Shown: positions 57,643 to 64,000 of the stretch, in pieces
Layout of the letters: every line of letters begins with the position of its first letter
How positions within the stretch are numbered: the first letter of the stretch is position 1
Assembly: GCA_902532645.1 (NCBI GenBank)
Contig: CACAIU010000001.1
Coordinates: 1,989-65,988 of the forward strand
Length of the DNA stretch: 64,000 bases
Reading direction: 5' to 3'
Origin: an uncultured Pelagibacteraceae bacterium
GTDB taxonomy: Bacteria > Pseudomonadota > Alphaproteobacteria > Pelagibacterales > Pelagibacteraceae
The notes under the pieces: model-generated
What the model was told of the DNA's origin: nothing
Databases searched by the model: none
Seen by the model: only the letters and a program-made list of their open reading frames with translations
Position numbers and translations under genes: made by a program

Positions 57643-58929
57643 TTATATTTTAAATAATTCCATACCTTTTACAAATGTATTGGTTACTTTACCTTGAAGT
57701 TTTTTATCTTCAATTGAAGTATTTTTAGATTTAGATATTAAATTTTCTTTTTTTACAATCCATGGTTTATTGATATCTACTATACAAAAATCTGCGTCAT
57801 TACCTATAGACAGGTTTCCTTTATTTATATTTAATATTTTTGCTGGATTAGATGTTAAAGCTTGAATGATAGTTTCAAGTTTTACAGATCCGTTATGAAA
57901 TAATTCTAAACTTAAAGACAATAATGTTTCAATACCAGATGCACCTGTTGCTGCTTGAGCAAAAGTTAATCTTTTAGATTCTTCATCCTCAGGTTTATGG
58001 TCAGAAACAATTACATCAATAGTTTTATCTTTTAATCCTTGAACTAAAGCTTCTCTATCTTCTTCTCTTCTCAGTGGAGGTGATAATTTTAAAAATGTTC
58101 TAAAATCTCCAATATCATTTTCATTTAATGAGAGATTATTTATTGATACACCACAAGTAAATTTAACATTTTGTTTACGTTCCTTAATTATATCTACAGA
58201 TTTTCCAGCTGATAGTTGAGATATATGATATCGACATTTAGTTTTTTCTAGGAGAGTGAGATCTCTTTCAATTATAATTCTTTCAGCAATATCTGGTATG
58301 CTTGATAAGCCTAGTTTTGTTGCAATAATACCAGAATTAATCATTCCATTTTTAGCTAAATCGTAATCTTCAGCATGTTGCATTACAAGACATCCCAAAT
58401 CTTTAGCTGAATTCATAATTCTAGACATAAGTCTAGTATTTTGAATTGTTTTTACTCCGTCAGTAAAAGCAATAATTCCTTTTTTAGCTAGTAACCCAAA
58501 TTCAGTCATATTTGTGCCGTCAGTGTTTTGAGTTAATGAAGCGCAAGGAAAGATATTTATTTTAGACTTATCACGTCCTCTTCTTTTTAAAAAATCTACA
58601 ATTGATACATTATCTATAATTGGATCTGTATTAGGCATGGTTACGACGGAAGTTACTCCACCAGACAATGCTGCATTACTTAAAGTCCTAAAATTTTCTT
58701 TATATTCGTATCCTGGCTCGCCTACAAAAACTCTCATATCCACTATGCCAGGAAATATATATTTACCCTTTAAGTCAGTAGGTTTTTCTCTAGTTGGTAA
58801 ATTGTTTGTATTTACCTTTTTTCCTATTGCTTCTATCTTTCCACCTTCTCCAATTATTAATCCACCATTTTCGTTTATGGAATTATGAGGATCTATAATG
58901 TTTGCATTTATAAAGTATTGTTTTTTCAT
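57643..58929 (-). CDS. pyrC: Dihydroorotase-like protein, probably the inactive PyrC' partner of ATCase
   Basis: DHOase fold motifs (PG..D, GGVT..MPNT.P, PPLR, SDH.P), but the metal-binding HxH is replaced (DMRVF). Adjacent to pyrB. Confidence 0.8.
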   Translation of the reverse strand: MKKQYFINANIIDPHNSINENGGLIIGEGGKIEAIGKKVNTNNLPTREKPTDLKGKYIFPGIVDMRVFVGEPGYEYKENFRTLSNAALSGGVTSVVTMPNTDPIIDNVSIVDFLKRRGRDKSKINIFPCASLTQNTDGTNMTEFGLLAKKGIIAFTDGVKTIQNTRLMSRIMNSAKDLGCLVMQHAEDYDLAKNGMINSGIIATKLGLSSIPDIAERIIIERDLTLLEKTKCRYHISQLSAGKSVDIIKERKQNVKFTCGVSINNLSLNENDIGDFRTFLKLSPPLRREEDREALVQGLKDKTIDVIVSDHKPEDEESKRLTFAQAATGASGIETLLSLSLELFHNGSVKLETIIQALTSNPAKILNINKGNLSIGNDADFCIVDINKPWIVKKENLISKSKNTSIEDKKLQGKVTNTFVKGMELFKI

Positions 58930-59871
58930 TTATTCACAAAATATTTTTAAACATGCCATTCTTACAGCAACACCTAATTCAACTTGTTCTTTAATTACAC
59001 TCTTGTTTATGTCATCAGCTAATCTTGTATCAATTTCAATTCCTCTATTCATTGGACCAGGATGCATAATTAAAGCATCTGACTTTGCATGATCAAGTTT
59101 ATCTGGTGTTAATCCATAATATTCATAGTATTCTCTATTCGATGAAAGATATGAACTGGTCATTCTTTCATTTTGTAATCTAAGCATCATTACAATATCA
59201 CAATCTTTGAGACCCTTTTTCATATCAGTAAAAGTGTTAACACCAAACTTTTCAATTTCTTTTGGCATAAGATTGGATGGTGCAACTATATTAACTTCTG
59301 CTCCTAACATTGTAAGAAGATAAATATTTGATCTAGCCACTCTCGAATGAAGTATGTCTCCACATATAGCTATTTTTAATCCCTGAATTTTTTTTTTTCG
59401 ATTTCTAATTGTTAATGCATCTAATAACGCTTGCGTAGGATGCTCACGTCTACCATCACCAGCATTTAGAACGACACAATTAACTTTTTGAGATAGCAGA
59501 TTACAAGCACCGGAGTCTTGATGTCTGATCACAATTATATCAGGATGCATTGCATTTAAGGTCATGGCTGTATCAATTAAAGTTTCACCTTTTTTAATGG
59601 CTGAGTTACCCATATTCATTGACATGACGTCTGCACCAAGTCTTTTTCCAGCAAGTTCAAATGAGCTTTGTGTTCTAGTTGATGGCTCAAAGAATAAGTT
59701 TATTTGTGTTTTGCCTCTTAACACATCAATTTTTTTATTTTTACTCTGGTTTAATTTTATGAAAGCTTCTGACTCATCCAAGATATAATTAATATCATTG
59801 ACTGATAAATCTTGAATACCTAACAGATGTTTTTTTGAGATTTTAATAGCTTTATTGGTTTTAATTGCCAT
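58930..59871 (-). CDS. pyrB: Aspartate carbamoyltransferase catalytic subunit
   Basis: [37 protein letters not shown]. Start MAIK at 59871. Confidence 0.97.
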   Translation of the reverse strand: MAIKTNKAIKISKKHLLGIQDLSVNDINYILDESEAFIKLNQSKNKKIDVLRGKTQINLFFEPSTRTQSSFELAGKRLGADVMSMNMGNSAIKKGETLIDTAMTLNAMHPDIIVIRHQDSGACNLLSQKVNCVVLNAGDGRREHPTQALLDALTIRNRKKKIQGLKIAICGDILHSRVARSNIYLLTMLGAEVNIVAPSNLMPKEIEKFGVNTFTDMKKGLKDCDIVMMLRLQNERMTSSYLSSNREYYEYYGLTPDKLDHAKSDALIMHPGPMNRGIEIDTRLADDINKSVIKEQVELGVAVRMACLKIFCE

Positions 59872-59913
59872 TAAAATTAACTCTATAGCTATAAAGCCCC
59901 TAAATGGCAAGGA

Positions 59914-60369
59914 TTAATTATTTAAATAATCTATAGCTCCTTGAAGAATAAATGCAGCTGCATTTTGATCTATGTTTTTTTCACGCTTAGAAACATTAAC
60001 ATCAAGCTGACTGGATAGATTAAATGCACCAACAGTTGAAAGTCTTTCATCCCATAAACAAACATCTACATCAACATTTTGGTCTATATTTTTAGACACA
60101 TCACTTACTGATTGAGCAGAAGGACCTAATGAACCATCCATGTTAATTGGATATCCAATCACAATTCCTTTAATATTGTTTTCCTCTATTATTTTTTTTA
60201 ATTCGTTGATTAGATCAGCATTATTGGTTTTATTGATCGTTTTAAAAGGTGTGGCTATTGACTGTTTTTCATCACAAATTGATACACCGATTCTTTTTGA
60301 ACCAAGATCTAAACCAATCAATCTAGAGGTTTCAGACTGTTTTTTTTTGAATTCTTCAATAGTGATCAT
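59914..60369 (-). CDS. ruvX: YqgF/RuvX pre-16S rRNA nuclease
   Basis: GLDLGSKRIGVS, GYP.NMDG, WDERLST, D..AA..ILQ. Confidence 0.95.
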   Translation of the reverse strand: MITIEEFKKKQSETSRLIGLDLGSKRIGVSICDEKQSIATPFKTINKTNNADLINELKKIIEENNIKGIVIGYPINMDGSLGPSAQSVSDVSKNIDQNVDVDVCLWDERLSTVGAFNLSSQLDVNVSKREKNIDQNAAAFILQGAIDYLNN

Positions 60370-60419
60370 ATTGTATATTTTAAACTTAAGTGATAGTTTG
60401 CGACATATTTAAATACCAT

Positions 60420-60707
60420 ATGAGCATCGATCTTAAAACAATAAAGCACATTTCTAAACTATCAAGAATTTCTGTAGATGAGAAAAAAGCAGAGAAACTT
60501 GCAGGAGATTTAAATTCAATTTTCGATTTTATTGAAAAACTTAACGAATTAAAAACTGACAATGTTGAACCATTAACTTCTGTTGCTGAAACAACTCTAA
60601 AACTAAGATCAGATGAAGTAAAAAGTAAAAACCTAAGAGATCAAGTAATAAAAAATTCTCCTAAGGAAAATGAAGATTATTTTGTAGTACCAAAGGTAAT
60701 TGAATAA
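60420..60707 (+). CDS. gatC: Asp/Glu-tRNA amidotransferase subunit C
   Basis: I..LSRI, VEPL, LR.D, YFVVPKVIE. ATG at 60420. Confidence 0.95.
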   Translation: MSIDLKTIKHISKLSRISVDEKKAEKLAGDLNSIFDFIEKLNELKTDNVEPLTSVAETTLKLRSDEVKSKNLRDQVIKNSPKENEDYFVVPKVIE

Positions 60708-62164
60708 TGTCAGATATAACTAAACAATCATTATCTGAGTTAGTAGAAAATATTAAAAGTAAAAAACTTTCCTCAAGTGAAGTTACTAAAGCATTTGTTG
60801 AAAGATCTGAAAAATCAAAAGAATTAAATGTATATATAACTGAAGATTATGCAAATGCTTTAGATAAAGCAAAAAGGTTTGATGAAAAACCTAATCTTGA
60901 CCTGAAATTGCCTGGCATTCCAATGGCAGTAAAAGATTTATTTTGTACAAGAGATTTAAGAACTACGGCAGGTAGTAAGATTTTAAATAACTTTGTTCCA
61001 ACTTATGAGTCAACAGTCACACAAAACATTTGGAATGAAGGAGCTATCTTAATGGGTAAATTAAATTGCGATGAATTCGCGATGGGCTCTTCTAATGAGA
61101 CTAGTTTTTTTGGTAATGTACAAAACCCAATTGATAAAAACTTAGTCCCAGGTGGATCATCTGGTGGATCGTCTTCCGCAGTAGCAGCTCAATTAACACC
61201 AATAACTATTGGAACAGATACAGGTGGATCCATAAGACAGCCTGCTTCATTTACTGGAACTGTTGGATTAAAACCAACTTATGGTAGTTGCTCTAGATAT
61301 GGAATTGTAGCATTTGCATCATCTCTAGATCAAGCTGGACCAATGGCGCAAAATGTTAAAGATTGTGCATTGTTACAGGATGTTATTAGTACTTATGATG
61401 AAAAAGACTCTACCTCAATAGACTTTAAAAGGAACGAGTACGGCAAAGAATTAACAAAAGATATTAAAGGAAAAAAAATAGGTATACCTAAAGAATATAG
61501 AGTAGATGGAATGCCTAAGGAAATTGAAGATCTATGGAAAAAAGGTATTGAATATGCAAAAGATTGTGGTGCTGAGATTATAGATATATCTCTACCTCAT
61601 ACTAATTATGCACTACCAACTTATTACATCGTAGCACCAGCAGAGGCCTCATCTAATTTGGCTAGATACGATGGAGTTAAATATGGTTTTAGAGCTGAAG
61701 GAGAAAATCTTATTGATATGTATGAAAAAACTAGATCTGAAGGATTTGGTGCTGAAGTTCAAAGAAGAATAATGATTGGAACTTATGTTTTATCTTCAGG
61801 ATATTATGATGCTTATTATCTTAAAGCTCAAAAGGTAAGAAAACTTATTAAAAATGATTTTGATGATGCTTATAAAAAAGTTGATGCAATTCTAACCCCA
61901 TCCACTCCAAGTTCTGCGTTTAAAATTGGTGAAAAAACAAATGACCCGGTTTCAATGTATTTAAATGATATTTTTACTGTTCCTGTAAATTTAGCAGGTT
62001 TACCTGGAATTTCTATACCTGCAGGCCATGATGCTAAAGGATATCCATTGGGATTACAGATAATTGGTAAGGCTTTTGATGAACAAAATATTTTAAACAT
62101 TGCATATGCTATGGAAGAAAAAATTAATTTTCAAAACAATATTACTGATTGGTGGATTAAGTGA
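60707..62164 (+). CDS. gatA: Asp/Glu-tRNA amidotransferase subunit A
   Basis: Amidase signature [28 protein letters not shown]. Confidence 0.98.
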   Translation: MSDITKQSLSELVENIKSKKLSSSEVTKAFVERSEKSKELNVYITEDYANALDKAKRFDEKPNLDLKLPGIPMAVKDLFCTRDLRTTAGSKILNNFVPTYESTVTQNIWNEGAILMGKLNCDEFAMGSSNETSFFGNVQNPIDKNLVPGGSSGGSSSAVAAQLTPITIGTDTGGSIRQPASFTGTVGLKPTYGSCSRYGIVAFASSLDQAGPMAQNVKDCALLQDVISTYDEKDSTSIDFKRNEYGKELTKDIKGKKIGIPKEYRVDGMPKEIEDLWKKGIEYAKDCGAEIIDISLPHTNYALPTYYIVAPAEASSNLARYDGVKYGFRAEGENLIDMYEKTRSEGFGAEVQRRIMIGTYVLSSGYYDAYYLKAQKVRKLIKNDFDDAYKKVDAILTPSTPSSAFKIGEKTNDPVSMYLNDIFTVPVNLAGLPGISIPAGHDAKGYPLGLQIIGKAFDEQNILNIAYAMEEKINFQNNITDWWIK

Positions 62165-63624
62165 GTAAGAACAAATCTGAATATCTAATTAATAGACATG
62201 ATAATCAATATGAAGTTGTCATTGGTTTAGAAGTGCATGCACAAGTTATATCGGAGTCCAAATTATTCTCCACATCAGCAACCAAATTTGGAGCTGAACC
62301 AAATACTCAAGTAAGTTTAGTTGATGCAGCATTTCCAGGAATGTTACCGGTAATAAACGAGTATTGCGTAAAACAAGCTATTAAAACAGGAATTGGTTTA
62401 AAAGCTAAAATCAATAATAGATCTGTCTTTGATAGAAAAAATTATTTTTATGCTGACTTACCTCAGGGTTATCAAATCTCACAATTCAAAGATCCAATTG
62501 TAGGTGAGGGCAAAGTAATACTTGATATGCCTGATGGTCAAAAAGAGGTAGGTATAGAAAGATTACACTTGGAGCAAGATGCGGGTAAAAGTATTCATGA
62601 TCTAGATCCTAAAAATACTTTTGTAGATTTAAATAGATCAGGTGTGGCTTTAATGGAAATTGTAAGCAAACCTGACCTAAGATCTCCAGATGAAGTAAAT
62701 GCATATATTAAAAAATTAAGATCTATAATGAGATATTTAGGCACCTGTGATGGAAACATGCAGGAAGGATCTTTGAGGGCTGATGTAAATGTATCTGTTA
62801 GAAAAAAAGGTTCAAAAGATTTTGGAACCCGATGTGAGATCAAAAATGTTAACTCAATAAAGTTCATGCAGATGGCAATTGAATACGAGGCTAATAGACA
62901 AGTTGATTTAATTGAGGATGGTCAAAAAATTGATCAAGAAACAAGACTTTTTGATACTAAAAAAAATGAAACTAGATCAATGAGATCAAAAGAAGATGCT
63001 CATGATTATAGATATTTTCCAGATCCAGACTTATTGCCATTAGAAGTTTCAGATGATTTTATTGAAAAATTAAAATCAGAAATTCCAGAGCTACCAGATG
63101 AAAAGAAAAAAAGATTTATAGAAAAATTCAAGTTATCACCTTACGAAGCTAACATTCTAGTTTCGGATATTGAAACATCTAATTACTTTGAAAATGTAAT
63201 TAAGAAATCTGATGTAAAACTTGCAACAAATTGGATAATTGTTGAATTATTTGCAGCGTTAAATGAAAAAAATTTAGAAATAACTGAAAGCCCTATAAGC
63301 GCAGGCAATTTATCAAAGTTAATCAATTTAATTAAAGATGGAACAATTTCAGGAAAAATTGCAAAAACAGTTTTCGAACAAATGATGGAAGGTGACAAGG
63401 ATCCTAAAAAAATTGTTGAAGAAAAAGGTTTAAAACAAGAGAGTGATCCAAAAGCACTTGAGGCGCTGATAGATAAGGTTATTGATGATAACAGAGATAA
63501 AGCTACTGAATATAAATCAGGTAAAGTTAAATTATTTGGTTTCTTTGTTGGCCAAGTAATGAAAGTTTCTGGTGGAAAAGCAAATCCTCAATTAGTAAAT
63601 GAGATTTTAAAGAAAAAACTTTAG
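62161..63624 (+). CDS. gatB: Asp/Glu-tRNA amidotransferase subunit B
   Basis: [32 protein letters not shown]. Confidence 0.98.
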   Translation: MSKNKSEYLINRHDNQYEVVIGLEVHAQVISESKLFSTSATKFGAEPNTQVSLVDAAFPGMLPVINEYCVKQAIKTGIGLKAKINNRSVFDRKNYFYADLPQGYQISQFKDPIVGEGKVILDMPDGQKEVGIERLHLEQDAGKSIHDLDPKNTFVDLNRSGVALMEIVSKPDLRSPDEVNAYIKKLRSIMRYLGTCDGNMQEGSLRADVNVSVRKKGSKDFGTRCEIKNVNSIKFMQMAIEYEANRQVDLIEDGQKIDQETRLFDTKKNETRSMRSKEDAHDYRYFPDPDLLPLEVSDDFIEKLKSEIPELPDEKKKRFIEKFKLSPYEANILVSDIETSNYFENVIKKSDVKLATNWIIVELFAALNEKNLEITESPISAGNLSKLINLIKDGTISGKIAKTVFEQMMEGDKDPKKIVEEKGLKQESDPKALEALIDKVIDDNRDKATEYKSGKVKLFGFFVGQVMKVSGGKANPQLVNEILKKKL

Positions 63625-63629
63625 AATTT

Positions 63630-64000
63630 ATGGGTTCAGACCTAAACATAACTAAAGAACTCCAAGAGTATATTTTAAGTCATGGATTTAATTTACATCC
63701 AGTCCAAAAAGAAATAATTGATTACAACACATCTCTTGGTGATATCAAAAGAATGCAAATCTCAATTTCACAAAGTCAATTTCTGCATTTAATTATAAAA
63801 ATTTCAAATATCAAAAAAGTTTTAGAGATAGGTACATTTACAGGATTAAGTACGTTATCTATGGCTTTGGCATTATCGGATGACGGTGAAATAATTGCTT
63901 TAGATAAAAATGAAGAAACTAATAAAGTTGCAATAGATTTTTTTAAAAAAGCTAATCAAGATCATAAAATAAAAACATTAATTAAACCTGCTTTAGAAAC
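63630..64000 (+). CDS. SAM-dependent O-methyltransferase (Methyltransf_3 / CCoAOMT-like), partial
   Basis: MGSDLNIT...MQIS..Q..FL...KKVLEIGTFTGLST. Runs off the window. Confidence 0.85.
   Translation, partial: MGSDLNITKELQEYILSHGFNLHPVQKEIIDYNTSLGDIKRMQISISQSQFLHLIIKISNIKKVLEIGTFTGLSTLSMALALSDDGEIIALDKNEETNKVAIDFFKKANQDHKIKTLIKPALE

Overview
AT-rich (roughly 30% GC by eye), very compact alphaproteobacterial chromosome segment. Gene content, order and tiny intergenic spacers point to SAR11/Pelagibacterales (inference, not a database result). It is almost all core housekeeping: cysS-cimA, the pur cluster, five intact tRNAs, tuf-secE-nusG-rplKAJL-rpoBC, the str/S10/spc/alpha ribosomal superoperon, topA, pyrB-pyrC', gatCAB. 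Six +1 frameshifts in A/T homopolymers (cimA, purL, island amidohydrolase, tuf twice, rpoB) look like sequencing overcalls. The most interesting structure is a 1,537-bp integrase-less islet inserted at tRNA-Leu(TAA). It duplicates the 5' half of the tRNA up to the end of the anticodon loop, together with a homologous promoter. It carries paired 11-bp-period repeats at both ends and a triple 10-bp repeat next to the core, which resembles an attP site. Its cargo is a secreted amidohydrolase plus a truncated signal-peptide ORF. A second small accessory patch with two Cys-containing exported mini-proteins sits at the 3' end of tRNA-Thr.
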